A stretch of DNA of 64,000 bases from Mobula hypostoma (Eukaryota). Where the stretch lies: the NCBI RefSeq assembly GCF_963921235.1, contig NC_086097.1:216444001-216508000 (forward strand), given 5' to 3'. How positions within the stretch are numbered: position 1 is the first letter of the stretch; each line of letters starts with the position of its first letter. Below, piece by piece: positions 1-13,074 of this stretch. A program made the position numbers and the translations under genes. The notes beneath the pieces are model-generated. The model was not told where the DNA came from and made no database searches. It saw only the letters and a list, made by a program, of their open reading frames with translations.

Positions 1-993
1 GAGGCTAACTCCTGCTTCTATTTTCTTGTGCATATCTTTACATTCAGTCTAAGGCTGTCACAAGCATTCTAGAAGTGGGATCTCAGGAGTTCTCAGGCTT
101 AGGCCTAGTCACCACTTGGGCATCACCACCTGACTCCCCCGTGTAGAGGTTGAGTGTGACCAGCCATTCCCATCTAGCTTAACTTAGGGAAAATGGCAGG
201 GGACAATGCTGGCTAGTGGACTAAGACTGGGAAAGTGTAGTCCATAAGATTCTGAGAGGGTCTCCCAGAGAGCCTCTTTCTCAGGCTGGAAGGTCTATGA
301 CTAGGGAGCACTATGAAACGTCAATCCTGATGACTGAAATGAAGAGAAATTTCTTCATTCCACTTGATATTAATGAGAACATTCCAGGTTTCATAAGGAA
401 TCTCCAGGAATGGAAATTACCAGTACTCTGTGGACTTTGAGGTAAAATTTTAGTAAATGTAGCTGAAACCTTACCCTCGCCATCCATTGAACATCCTCCC
501 TCACATATACCCCTGAGAACTCTTTGAATGCACTCAAAGTCAGGCCTTTTATACCTGGGAGCTATTGCATTTAGCTGAACCTGAGACCCTTCATGACCAA
601 TTATTATACAACACCAGCAGAAGTGCAGGGCAATCCAGTCTAATGCAGAGAGTTCCCATCCCGGATAGGGCATATTGAAAGCATTGGAAGGGCTGCTTTA
701 TTAGAAGTACAGTTGGAATATCACACCACACCACCTGCAGAAATGATTCCAGCCATTGTAGTGTTTCAGGATAAACCCCTCTACGTTAGGAAAACTGCAA
801 CCAAAAGACATAGGGGAAAATTTAGAACAGATTGCCAGTCTGAAAATATTATGTGCTTGCACCAGCCTCTCTATATTTGATTCTACTGCAGTCAACACAT
901 GTTCTATAGCTAACATAAGACAAGACAAATCTAAGTCTCATATTTTAAGAAAAATTAAAAGTACTAACATATTTCAAAGTAACATATTTAAGT

Positions 994-1410
994 CGTTGTG
1001 GCTATCCCTTGAAGTGGAGGATGATGGTCTTTGTTCTGAAGAAGTGGCCCACAGAGTGAAGATGCCTGTGCGTGTATTTGTTTAACGTGTACTTGATGTC
1101 GCACTCCAAGAAGCACACGATACTTCACAAATCAACCAACTGATTCCAATGGCATGGAAACCATGACGATTGGAGCTGATGGATTTGTTGCAGCCTTCAT
1201 TCGCCTTCACAGCCGTTGAGTACGAAGTAACTTCGTCCACCTGTTCCACCGTTGAGATCTTGGTTGGATTGTTCTTTGTCAGGGACCTCACCCTCGACCT
1301 TACCGCCATAGGTGACCCTAACAGGAGCATAGCTCCAGAAGGCATTGCTCTCAGGATCACAGGACCACACAAGCTTCTCCACCACAACAAGGTGACAATC
1401 CATGGAGAAG
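994..1410 (-). mobile_element. Short non-autonomous RTE-clade retroelement (5' and 3' ends joined)
   Basis: Minus strand begins ...GTCACCTTGTTGTGGTGGAGAAGCTTGTGTG..., resembling RTE/BovB 5' UTRs, and ends ...GGGATAGCCACAACG. Flanked by ACATATTT(A/G)AGT direct repeats (982-993, 1411-1422). Confidence 0.6.
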
Positions 1411-2215
1411 ACATATTTGAGTATAACTATAGATTAACCACAACATTTTTAAGGATTACTGAGATTTATAAGGAAAAGACATGAAATAACACACAAAACA
1501 AGCTATTTTTAATCTACATTATTACAGCATCCATTCTTTTACCTCCCCATCACTTCTCACCAGTCATCAATGTCAGCAGATCTACTTGAGGCCAACAAGA
1601 TACCAGCAAAGACAAGGGGAACCATGGCACTGAAACCTCAATAAGTTATGGGAGACTCCAGGTCAAGACCAGAGAGATGGCCGTCACCAGCTGATCTATG
1701 TGCTCTTGGTCTCAGGACTGCAAGTGTCATTGGATTCTTTCAGACCAGTTTCCACTGGACGTGCCCACCCGATAGTAAGGCAATGTATGATTGGAAAGGT
1801 CTCAGGATCAGCTCATTGAGGAAGTCCCTAGATGTGCAAAGGGTCAGCCAAAATTTTGAATAATAGAAAGAACAATGGCCTTCCTGTTTATGTGTTTTGT
1901 ACCTTCCTTACTAAGTGTTACACTTCCACTCTTGCCTTGAAATACATCCATTACCAGCCTTTTTTGACTCCAGTCATTGTGTATACTGCTATCCCTTTAA
2001 TCTAGCAGCAGTGACACAGCTTTTATCTGCTTGCACTTTATCATCTTGCACTCTCTTCACAAATCTCAAAGAGTTCCCAAGTCTTTCCTCCTCCAAATCT
2101 ATTCACCAAACTTATGGCCACCGTTCCAATCTCACCATTTCAGATTAGGTATCTATGTTCCTGATGCTTAGAAGTGCATGCTTTGGGAATTTAAATGAAC
2201 TGTAAAGATATATAA

Positions 2216-2530
2216 GGGAGCCATGGTACCATAGCAGTTAGCGCGACACTATTATAGCCCGGTGAGCTCCGGAGCTGGGAGTTCAATTCTGGTGCCGTCT
2301 GTAAGGAGTTTATATGTTCTCGCTGTCAGTGGATGGCTTTTCTCTATATGCGCCAATCAATTTCCTCCACAGTCCAAAGATGTACTGGTTAGTAGACTAA
2401 TTGGTTATTATAAATGGTCCTGTGATTAGGCTTGTGTTAAATAGGCAGGTTGTTGGTTGGTGCAGTTCGTTTGACAGGAAAAGTCAGTGATACAACCGTG
2501 TTGTATCACTAAGTAAAAATAAATAAATGA
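2216..2530 (+). mobile_element. tRNA-derived V-SINE (HE1-like), degenerate
   Basis: tRNA-like head with B-box (GAGTTCAATTC), V-domain-like TGTAAGGAGTT...TTTCCTCCACAGTCCAAAGA, (AAAT)n tail. Confidence 0.7.
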
Positions 2531-4541
2531 TAATTTTTTAAAAACCATTGTTGTTTTTGCTCTTTAATTTCGCTTGTATTCCTTTCACATCAGAAAACCA
2601 AAAACGTAAATTTTTAGGTATTAGAAGTGCCAATTTCAAAACTTTTATTTTGGTCTTGATATACATTCTGCATTTTGTCTGGTTTGTTAGCACAGATATT
2701 GCTATGATTCAGAAGAGATAAATAGACAGTACATTTAGTCTAGAAACAAAAGCAACAAATCATCATATCACCCACCCTCCTTGAGTTCTCCACAATAGAT
2801 ACTTCACTTTTTTTCAGAAAATTATTGACTAGGCATGATTGTAATTTTTTTTTACTGTGGAATATAATGTGATTGGTATACACTGTGGTACATCTTTGAT
2901 AACAGTAATCACCATGCATACTCAACGCAATGGGAGATGGAAATTAAGAGGTTAATTTACATTCTGTCGAAACAAAGAGTTTAAAAACAAGACAAAAACA
3001 AATCTGTGATCTGGAACTTTCAGAGCACCCTCTCAGAGTGGATTAATGAGAAGTACATGTCTGTGAAATTATGTGCCCTCTCAGTCAGTAAAATGGCCCT
3101 AGTGGTGCATGACCTTGAAATGAGGTGAAGCAAACTTCACCTGATCCACAATTATGAGAACCTAATGAGGAAAGGAAAAACCATGGAATTGTAAAAAGTC
3201 CTCAAAATGATCATAACAGAGCGTTTATAAGTACATGGTTTAAAAACAAACAAATAAGATATTAGGTTAAGCCACGTTACAAGCCTGAAAATATGATGAT
3301 AAAATTAAAAATCTTCTCCAAGAACAGTGAGCTGCATGCAAAGGCCACCCAGGTAAATGAAAACCCGATCTCTAAAGGAATTTGATATTTTCTTTGTTCT
3401 CGGTGTTAATAACATTTATCTGTGTGTAATATTCTGTCAGATGAAATGTTTTTGAGAAATGATTTCCAGCCTTAGCTGCCTTACATGACAGTATTACTGA
3501 GGATTCATCAAGGGACCATCTGTCGTGGCTATGAAAATGGAGAGAGATTGGGTTAGCGTGGATAGAAGCTAAACTGCCTTTCACAGACAACAGCAAATAC
3601 TGCATTAACTGTGGCCCATTTGTACATTCCCATTGACTATCATTACTACCAGTTTTTTTATATTTTTATTTTAAGCTATCAGAGTCTTAAAAGCTTTGAA
3701 TCTGTTCCACATTTCCATTTTATTACAGATGTCCTCTCTGTTGGTAAAACTTTGGGTAAGATCTGATAATCCTACAAAAATGAATATTTTCTTCATCCCA
3801 CTGTTCTTTAACAAAGAATTTTACCTTCCCTGCACTCAATTATAGCATTGCTATCAGTTCAAATTACAGAAGAGAAATATAGTGTTTAATATATGTACAG
3901 TCTACTCTGTGCCGCTAATAACCTGTCATTTTTAAAAATTTGGATGTCATATCGTATTTCATTGGAGCAGGATTAGACAGCTTCACACAGACGAAAAGTT
4001 TTGGCAAATTGTGAAGAATATTCCAGATCAAACCATCAGAAGGTTAATGCGGAGCTTTTCATTTTTTCTGACCTCTTGATCCAGAATCTGACACCTGCAA
4101 AATGAACAGCTCTCAAGTTTAAATTGTTTAACTGTAGCCTGATCAGTTTTATTATCTTGCTAATCCAGATATCAGCCATTTCATTGCAATGGAAGATATG
4201 CATATCATGAATTATTTTGACACTGAGACCTTTTGATTTTCACCAGCAATATTTCATCCCACCAATCAAGACCCAAGTCAGTGAGGCTGCTCTTTTTTCT
4301 GGGGTGTCAGAGGACAGTGCACTTCTGACAGAAGCAAATCATCATGGAGCTGTAATGAGCTATCATAGTAATTATTATTCTTTCCCATATTCATGCATTT
4401 AATTATAACTTTAGCAAGCCGGAATTTCACAGCAGACACAGCGATATGTGGACAGTATTAAACTCATTTAATATCAAAGTCAACACCAATAATCCAAAAA
4501 GATATAATGCATTGGTTGAATATTCAGATATAATTTTGTTT

Positions 4542-4545
<4 letters not shown>

Positions 4546-4596
<51 letters not shown>
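4546..4596. repeat. (TC)n microsatellite
   Basis: About 25 uninterrupted TC units. Confidence 0.98.
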
Positions 4597-4599
<3 letters not shown>

Positions 4600-5271
4600 A
4601 AATGCTGGGGCCAATTTCTGGCAAGTAATTAGTGTCTACTTCTGTCAGTAAATCCACTAGTAAGTATAAATCTGCCTTGTTCGGACCTTTGAAATTTCAA
4701 GCCTCAGGCTGGGTCACATTAGTTGATCCCATGCAGCAGAGCAGTTCCAGGGTGCACATCAATTGGCCTTGATATTGATTTTCAAGAAGAGAGGAATGAT
4801 CAAATGGGGTTGCACAACTCATTCCTCACACCATATTGGATGGCCTTCGGTTAAACGTAGAATGTGACTCAACTGCGGCGTCCCTGCTGGTCAAATATTC
4901 TCTTAGCTTTCACTACCTTAAGAAGGGCAGCTGTTGGAATTGGTAATGAAGGCAGTTGGCATCCTGAGGAATGATGCATAAGTGGTTCTGGAAATATGAT
5001 GATGATCTGGGGAGAATAAATACTGAATCTCATTAACAATTTCCCACTAATTTGTCAGGAAGTTGTGTTTTCTTACTTCACATATCCTTAGGATGGGCAT
5101 TTTACCACAGGATGGGGATGAAGAAGTGGGGTTATCCAGTGCAATAACATTGATTAAATGGTCCCAAATGGATCTATCAGGTGACCTTAGACCAGTCAGA
5201 CTGACATTAATTACATGTAAGGTTGTAAAGACACAAGTACAGGATAAATTCAGTACTCAGTCAGAGAAATA

Positions 5272-6758
5272 CAAACCCCATTTCCAGAAAAGTTGGGATG
5301 TTTTCCAAAATGCAATAAAAACAAAAATTTGTGATATGTTAATTCATGTGAACCTTTATTTAACTGACAAAAGTTCAAAGAAAAGATTTTCAATAGTTTT
5401 ACTGACCAACTTAATTGTATTTTGTAAATATACACAAATTTAGAATTTGATGGCTGCAACACATTCAACAAAAGTTGGGACAGAGTTAAAATAAGATTGA
5501 AAAGTGCACAGAATATTCAAGTAATACCGGTTTGGAAGACTTCACATTAAGCAGGCTAATTGGTAGCAGGTGAGGTATCATGACTGGGTATAAAAGTAGC
5601 GTCCATCAAAGGCTCAGTCTTTGCAAGCAAGGATGGGTCGTGGCTCACCCCTTTGTGCCAAAATTCGTGAGAGAATTGTTAGTCAGTTCAAAAGGAACAT
5701 TTCTTAACGCAATATTGCAGAGAATTTAGGTCTTTCATATCGAGCCTAAGAAACTGTCATGCTACTGTGACAATTATAGCCACCTGGGCTCAGGAGTACT
5801 TCAGAAAACCATTGTCACTCAACACAGTCCGTCGCTGCATCCAGAAATGCAACTTGAAACTGTATTACGCAAGGAGGAAGCCATACATCAACTCTATGCA
5901 GAAACGCCAGCGAGTTCTGTGGGCCCAAGCTCATCTCAGATGGACCGAAAGACTGTGGAACCGTGTGCTGTGGTCAGATGAGTCCACATTTCAGCTAGTT
6001 TTCGGAAAAAACGGGCGTCGAGTTCTCCGTGCCAAAGATGAAAACGACCATCCAGATTGTTATCAGCAAAAGGTGCAAAAGCCAGCATCTGTGATGGTAT
6101 GGGGATGCATCAGTGCCCACGGCATGGGTGAGTTGCATGTATGTGAAGGTACCATTGACTCTGAGGCGTATATTAGGATTTTAGAGAGACATATGTTGCC
6201 ATGAAGGCGACATCTCTTCCTGGGACGTCCATGCTTATTTCAGCAGGACAATGCCAGACCACATTCTGCACAGGCTACAACAGCATGGCTTTGTAGACAC
6301 AGAGTGCGTGTGCTTGACTGGCCAGCTGCCAGTCCAGATCTATCTACTATTGAAAATGTATGGCATCATGAAGAGGAGAATCAGACAACGGAGACCGCGA
6401 ACTGTTGAGCAGCTGAAGTCTTATATCAAGCAAGAATGGACAAAATTTCCAATTGCAAATCTACTACAATCAGTATCCTCAGTTCCAAAATGATTAAAAA
6501 GTGTTATTAAAAGGAAAGGTAATGTAACACAATGGTAAACATGCCTCTGTCCCAACTTTTGTTGAGTGTGTTGCAGCCATCAAATTCTAAATTTGTGTAT
6601 GTTTACAAGATACAATTAAGTTGGTCAGTAAAACTATTGAAAATCTTTTCTTTGTACTTTTGTCAGTTAAATAAAGGTTCACGTGAATTAACATATCACA
6701 GATTTTTGTTTTTATTGCATTTTGGAAAATATCCCAACTTTTCTGGAAATGGGGTTTG
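5272..6758 (+). mobile_element. Tc1-family DNA transposon with long TIRs (IR/DR type)
   Basis: TA at both flanks (5270-71, 6759-60). ~214-bp near-identical TIRs (5272-5485, 6545-6758) beginning CAAACCCCATTTCCAGAAAAGTTGGGA, with AAAAGTTGGGA repeated at the inner end of each TIR. Confidence 0.95.
5633..6538 (+). pseudogene. Tc1 DD34E transposase, disrupted
   Basis: Starts MGRGSPLCAKIRERIV. Catalytic motifs WSDES, FQQDNARPH and SPDLSTIEN, with 34 residues between the second D and E. Premature stops near 5705 and 6202, an internal deletion near 5740 and a frameshift near 6360. TATAAAA at 5589. Confidence 0.92.
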
Positions 6759-6811
6759 TATATTTAATTTAGCAGAGATTTATAAAAGCTAGGCTGTCAC
6801 TGACTAATACA

Positions 6812-7331
6812 CACTCAGTGGCCACTTTATTAAGTCTACCAATACACCTATGCACATAATCAGCCAATCACATGGCAGCAACTCAATGCATAAAAGCATG
6901 TAGACATGGTCAGGAGGTTCAGTTGTTGTTCAGACCAAACATCAGAATGGGGAAGAAATGTGGTCTAAGTGACATTGATTGTTGGAGGCAGATGGGGTGG
7001 TTCGAGTGTCTCAGAAACTGCTGCTTTCCTGGGATTTTCATGTACAACAGTCTCTGGAGTTTACGGAGAATGGTGCAAAAAGCAAAAAGCATATTGAGCA
7101 GCAGTTACGTGTGTGAGAATGCCTGGTAGTGAGAGCGGTCAGCGGAGAATGGCCAGAATGGTTCAAGCTGACAGGAAGGTGACAGTAACTCAGAAAACCA
7201 TGCATTACAACAGTGGTGTGCAGAAGGACATCTCTGAATGTACGACACGCCAAACCTTGAAGTGGATGGGTTACAACAGCTGAAGACCACACCATGTTCC
7301 ACTCCTGTACCTACAAAGTGGCCAATGAGTG
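6812..7331 (+). mobile_element. Tc1-derived non-autonomous element (CACTCAGTGGCCACTTTATT termini)
   Basis: Terminal inverted repeat CACTCAGTGGCCACTTT / AAAGTGGCCAATGAGTG; same family recurs at ~11600-12060 and 20178-21644. Confidence 0.75.
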
Positions 7332-8489
7332 AAACCCAAGCTTTTTGAAGAAGTAAGAATATTTGTTAAGAAAAATGCCACGGATGTAGGCACATGGAAG
7401 TTTAGAAGAAGTTAATTAAATTAGTGGTGTCATATGAAAGGGAATAGCAGAACAATATATACTTGTATAAACATGGGTATATTGTTGATAGTTGTTGAAG
7501 GATTTGTAAATTAATAGCAGTAAGCACTGTCATCTTTGCTATAGTTTAACAGCATATTATGGCCTAATATTGTTGACAAGGGATCAATTATTAACATTGT
7601 TATGCAAAGTTTGTTATTAAATGCATTAATGGAAGAAGAATAAATAACAGCTGTTAGAAGTATCTTTAAGAGGCACATTTTAGTGTAGGGATGAACAGAA
7701 GAGATTTCAAACTTAAATAGAACTGCTGCTAAAGTGTAATGACTCAAATGCCTATTTTCTACATTGTAAAATGCTATGATTTTCTTATCTTGAACATATA
7801 AATCAGGAATTTCCTCAAAGCTGCTCTTCCTTCACCAATATAACTTCACCAGAAGTGAAACATGTGCCAAGAAGAGTTTTGAGTACACTTCAGGCAAAGT
7901 TAAGATGGCAGAACGGTGGCAACTGTGACAAGATTCTTGACCAAGATTTTGCTTTGCAGTTCAGATGGGGGTATGTTTGGAAGTGACATTTTTTGGATGG
8001 TTCTTCAGGTTAAGAGGTCACCTACCTCGTTTAGTGAATGTACTATAATTGTTTTTTCATGTCCATGTTCCAGTTGTGCTTGCTACCTTCCTTCTTTAAG
8101 ACACACCAGAAGGGGAAGTCAATTAACAGATCCTACTTCCACTCTCTATCTTCCATTTGTTGGACCCTGCATCAATCAATTGGTGTATTTATTTTCATAA
8201 TAACCTCATTTAATAGAAGGAATGAAGAGAGGCAAGATAACTTAAATGATTCTATTTTAATGAGATACAAAGAGACCTTGGAGGTGTCACTGGACAAATC
8301 TTTGAAGATGGCAAGACAAGTAGAATAGAGCACATGGAATCCTGATTAATAGAGACAAAAACAAGGAAGTGATGTTATATTTGCTTAAGACACTCTTTAG
8401 ACTTAGCTGGGATGGCCAACTTTGGATACATGTCAAGGCCTGAGAGGGGGCTCAGAAAAGATTTATATGAACAGAAAAGGATGAAGTCA

Positions 8490-10275
8490 GGCAGTGCAGT
8501 AGTTATAGGATCTCAATAGTTAGGGGAAGTGAAAGGAGATTCTGTGGCCACAAAAGAGACACAAGGATGGTGTGCTGCATCCCAAGTGCTATAGTCCAGG
8601 ATGTATTGGAGCGGCTACAGGAAATTCACAAGGGGGAGGATGAACAGCCAGAGGTAGTGATGGATATCGGAACCAATGACATCGGCAGGAAAGGAGAAGA
8701 GGTCCTATGGAGTATGTACATAGAGTTAGGAAAGAGACTGAAGAGAAGGACTTCCAAGGTAGTAATCTCCGGATTACTTCCAGTGCCATGGGCGAGTGCA
8801 GGTAGGAATGGGGTGATAGTACAGATGAATGAGTGGCTGCAAGAGACAAGATTTCAAGTTCTTGGATCATTGGAAACTTTTCTGGGGGGACCTGTACAAG
8901 AGGGACTGTTTGCACCTGAACTGGTGGAGAACCAATATCCTGGCCAAGAGATTTATTAATGCTATTCAGGAGAGTTTTGCTGGGGGCTGAGAACTGGAGC
9001 ACCAGATCAGTGATGGAAGGATCGGACCAGAAGGTGGATGTCAGGGAAAGTATTGAAAGGCAAAATCGAAATAACAAGTATGATGGGTCGGATAGTTTAA
9101 AGTGTGTATATTTTAATGCTAGGAGTATTATGGGCAAGGGTGGTGAACTTAGAGCATGGATCAGTACTTGGAACTATTACTGAAACTTAGTTGAGGGAGG
9201 AGCAAGAATGGGTGATTAATGTACCAGGTTTTCAAAGTTTTAGAAAAAGTAGAGGAGGAGATAAAAGAGATGGGGGGGGGAAGTTGCACTACTAATCAGG
9301 GACAATATCACAGCTGCACTCAAGGGAGACATAATGGAGGACTCAGGTACTAAGTCTATTTGGGTAGAACTCAGGAATAGGAAGGGTGCAATCACACTGA
9401 TGGAATTGTACTACAGACCTCCCCTCCCAATAGCCAACACCGAGTAAGCTGGGATCTTCTCAGTGCAAGGGGTTCAGAGAGGTCAGAATGTGTTAAGTGT
9501 AACCAGGAAGGTTTCTTAAATCAATATGTGGACAGTCCAACGAGAGGAGGGCTATACTGGACCTGGTGTTGGGTAATGAGCCTGGCCAGGTGACTGACCT
9601 TTCAGTGGGTGAACAGTTAGGGATCAGTGATCACAACTCCGTAACTTTCAGGACAGCTATAGAGAAGGATAGGTATGGGCTTGCAAGAGAGTTTTAAATT
9701 GGAGTAGGGCAAATTACGAGGGCATTAGGCAGGTTCTAAGACGAGTTCATTGGGAACACCTTTTCTCTAGCAAGCCCACATCCGGCACGTGGAGGGTGTT
9801 TCCTGCACAGAGTACAGGAAAGGTATGTTCCTGTTAGGAGGAAGGACGGGGATGGAATGATAAGAGAACCCTGGATGTCCAGAGAGGTGATGAATTTAGC
9901 CAAGAAAGAAAAGGAAAAGTAGGTAAAGCTTTGGAAGTTGCCAAAGTCATGAGGAGTATAAAGAAGCTAGAAAAGAACTAAAGAAGAGAATTAGGAAAGC
10001 CAGAAGGGGCCATGAAAAGTCCTTGGCAAGTAGGATTAAGGTGAATCCCAAGGCATTCATCAGGAGCCTGGTATGATGATAGAGGCAAATACATTGGAGG
10101 CTGTTAAGAGACATTTAGATAGGCACTTGGATGTAAGGAAGGGAGGGATATGGACATTGTGTAGTTAAGAGGGATTAGTGTTTGAGTGTTTTTGATTTGC
10201 TTTTTAGCTGGTTTGTCACAACACTGTGGGCCGAATGGCCTGATCCTGTGCTGTACTGTTCTATGTTCTGTGTTC
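8490..10275 (+). mobile_element. CR1-clade LINE remnant (ORF1 SGNH-esterase-like region, ORF2 endonuclease, 3' tail), internally deleted
   Basis: MVCCIPSA...EQPEVVMDIGTNDIG (CR1 ORF1), LKCVYFNARSIMGK (APE start), LDLVLGNEPGQV and SDHNSV motifs; ends TGTGCTGTACTGTTCTATGTTCT. Confidence 0.85.
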
Positions 10276-10944
10276 TGTGAATGGTGCCCAACATGAAGGA
10301 GTTTACTTATACATACGGGAGAAGCTGACGTGGTTCTCCTAAGAACAGGAAAGATTAAGTGGAACCTTGACATATCTCTACTGAATTATGTACAGGCTTG
10401 ATTGAATAAAGGAAACTGTTTCTGTTGGTAGTGAAATCAGTATCAGAGGAGATAGGTTTAAGACAATGGGGAGAAGAGCCATACTTACTTTTTTTTATTA
10501 ATCTATTCAGTTTCTGTGAGCTGAAACACAGCATCTGAATTGAACAGCCAGTGCACAGGTTTATGTTTGGCTTTGATAGACTGATATAGGGAAGCTGTCG
10601 CAATTAGTGAATGATTCAGCAACAGGGCCACAGGGTTAATATTTTGGATAAAAGATATAAAAGAGATGTAAAGGAAAACATCTTTTGTGCAGCAGGTTTC
10701 CAGACTTCACAGCATGTAGGTGATGGAAACAGAATCATTTTTAGCTTTCAGTAGGGATTTGGATTGCCTCTTAAGAGTAACCTTTGGGGCTGTGAAGAAC
10801 CTGTCTGAGAGGATTGCTGCACTGGGAGCAGGCATGGGTCTGATGCACTGAACGTCTGCTTTCTGTGCTATAATAATTGCACAACTCTATGATTCAATGG
10901 GAACTTTTGAAGGGGAATTTGATAAGAATTTCAATTAGTTTAAG

Positions 10945-11545
10945 ATAAGATAAAACTTTACTTATCCCAAAGGAAATTATTGTTGCAAGGTTGTTCAGTC
11001 AGAAATATATACGTTAAAATACAAAATGTACGCATTGAGGTATGAGAAAATACAAAATGAGCATTAAAATTAATGGTGCAAAATACAGATGTGCAATGAA
11101 ACCATATACTTCTATGCTTAAGGAGGAGGAGTTGTAGAGTCTTATAACCACTGGGAGAAAGGATCTCCTGTGGAGTTCAGTGGTGCACCTAGATAAAATC
11201 AGTCTGTTACTGAAGGTGCTCCTCTGCTTGTCCAGTATGTCATGGAGGGAGTGAGAGGGATTGACCATAACGCTCCGATGCTTCTACAGCATCTTCCTCT
11301 CAGACACAACCACCAGCTCCACCCCCAGAACAGAACCAGCCTTGCTGACAAGTTTATCGATCTTCTTGGCATCAGCTGCTCTCGCCCTGCCGCCCCAGCA
11401 GACTGCGCATAGAATAGAATGCTGGCCACCACTGAGGCGTAGAACATCTGCAGCATAGTATTGCAGACGCTGAATGACGGGAGCCTCCTCAGAAAGTACA
11501 TTCGGCTCTGGCCCTTCTTGGACAGAGCCTCTATTTTCAGTCCTG
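10945..11545 (-). mobile_element. Rex1/Babar-like LINE 3' fragment
   Basis: KKGQSRMYFLRRL...FYASVVASILFYA and SHSLH...RRSFLPVVIRLYN C-terminal ORF2 motifs. Confidence 0.75.
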
Positions 11546-11599
11546 TCCAGTTTTTAATATCAAAGGTTTTAGGGTGCCTTGCAGATTTATATATCATAT

Positions 11600-12060
11600 A
11601 CCCTCAATGGCCACTTTATTAGATACACCTGTACACCCTCTCATTAATACAAGTATCTAATCAGCCAATCCTGTGGCAGCAACTTAATCCATAAAAGCAC
11701 ATGGACATGTCAACAGGTTCAGTTGTTGTTCAGACCAAATATCAAAATGAGGAACAAATGGGATCCAAGTGACTCTGACAGTGGAATGATAGCTGGTGCC
11801 TAACAAAGTGGATTGAATACCTCAAAAATGGCTGATCTCCTGGGATTTCCTTGCACAACAGTCTCTAGAGTTTAGAGAGAATAAACAAAAAACGTCCAGT
11901 GAGCAGCAGTTCTCTGGATGAAAGGGCATTGTTAATGAGAGGTGTTAGAGGAGAATGGCCAGACTGGTTCAAGCTGACAGGAAAGTGACAGTAACTCAAG
12001 TAACCTCACATTACAACTGTGGAGAGTAGAAGCTCATCTCTGAATGTCAAACATAGAAGT
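11600..12060 (+). mobile_element. Truncated copy of the Tc1-derived non-autonomous family
   Basis: Aligns by eye with 6812-7331 (TGGCCACTTTATT..., GGTTCAGTTGTTGTTCAGACCAAA, GGTTCAAGCTGACAGGAA). Confidence 0.7.
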
Positions 12061-12928
12061 GAATTCTTCTGATTCTTGTGTAAACTACATTGCTGCTAAA
12101 AGATATTTGTAAACTTAGCAATCTTGATTCTGATCTTGTTAAAATTAATTCTAAAGAATTAAAGAAATTTCAGGCTTATCCTGCCTGTGTCATGAATAAT
12201 GCCCCCTTTTGGCCTATCCCAACTAACATTGGCTCCCTGCTGTGTTCCACATCCCTTAATACATTTCTCCTTCAAATGTTTATCTAATTCCATTTTAAAT
12301 GAAGTGATGGGCTCATTTTGCATGACCACTTGTGGTGATGCATAATACATTCAAATAACCATTATACATGATAAAAAATATATTAATTCCTGTTCAAACC
12401 AACATTGCGGAAAACACGACTTAAAGCCATTGGAAAAACGTAAAGTCAAACACTTCTACAGAGGCTGGTGTTATTTTAAATTTTTGTTACCTTAAGCAAG
12501 TTGATATTAATTGACATTTGTTAAAACATCAAGTTCAAGAGGAAATGCTACCTTAAGTGAGCTACAATTAAGCAAAGAGAGATTGCTTCATGCATTTGTG
12601 ATTTGCATTAGATTGGCAGTGAAATGATGAAAAACAATTAACTTTATGTACTTTTCTATAATCCTAGTTTAAACCATCTGTGAATACAATTTTTAAAATA
12701 TATCAATTGAAGATATTGTCATTTTTCATAAGTAAAACAGCGGAGGTGTTTTAAGTTTAAGGGAAACCCTAACAACTCCATTATTGTCCTCCAAACACAG
12801 AACATAAATTGCAGTAAAAAACTTCATGTCATTACATCATCACATCAGACCAGCCTTTGAAAGTAAACCCCAACTCAACGTCGGTGATTATGAATTATGC
12901 GAATGCTTCCACCCATTTCATTACCCTA

Positions 12929-13074
12929 CAATATCAACAGATTTATTTAAAACCAAATGGAAATTAATCAGGATCCAATATTAGGCAGGTTACTGGCATG
13001 GCAATATCAACAGATTTACTTAAAACCAAATGGAAATTAATCGGGATCCAATATTAGACAAGTTACTGGCATGG
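12929..13074. repeat. 73-bp tandem duplication
   Basis: CAATATCAACAGATTTA...GTTACTGGCATGG repeated at 12929 and 13002 with a few substitutions. Confidence 0.9.

Noticed and set aside
4873..4892. CTCF-like motif (CCAGCAGGGACGCC, minus strand); another near 41920-41937
   Set aside because: Both deviate from the core consensus at informative positions and cannot be supported without a PWM scan or ChIP data.
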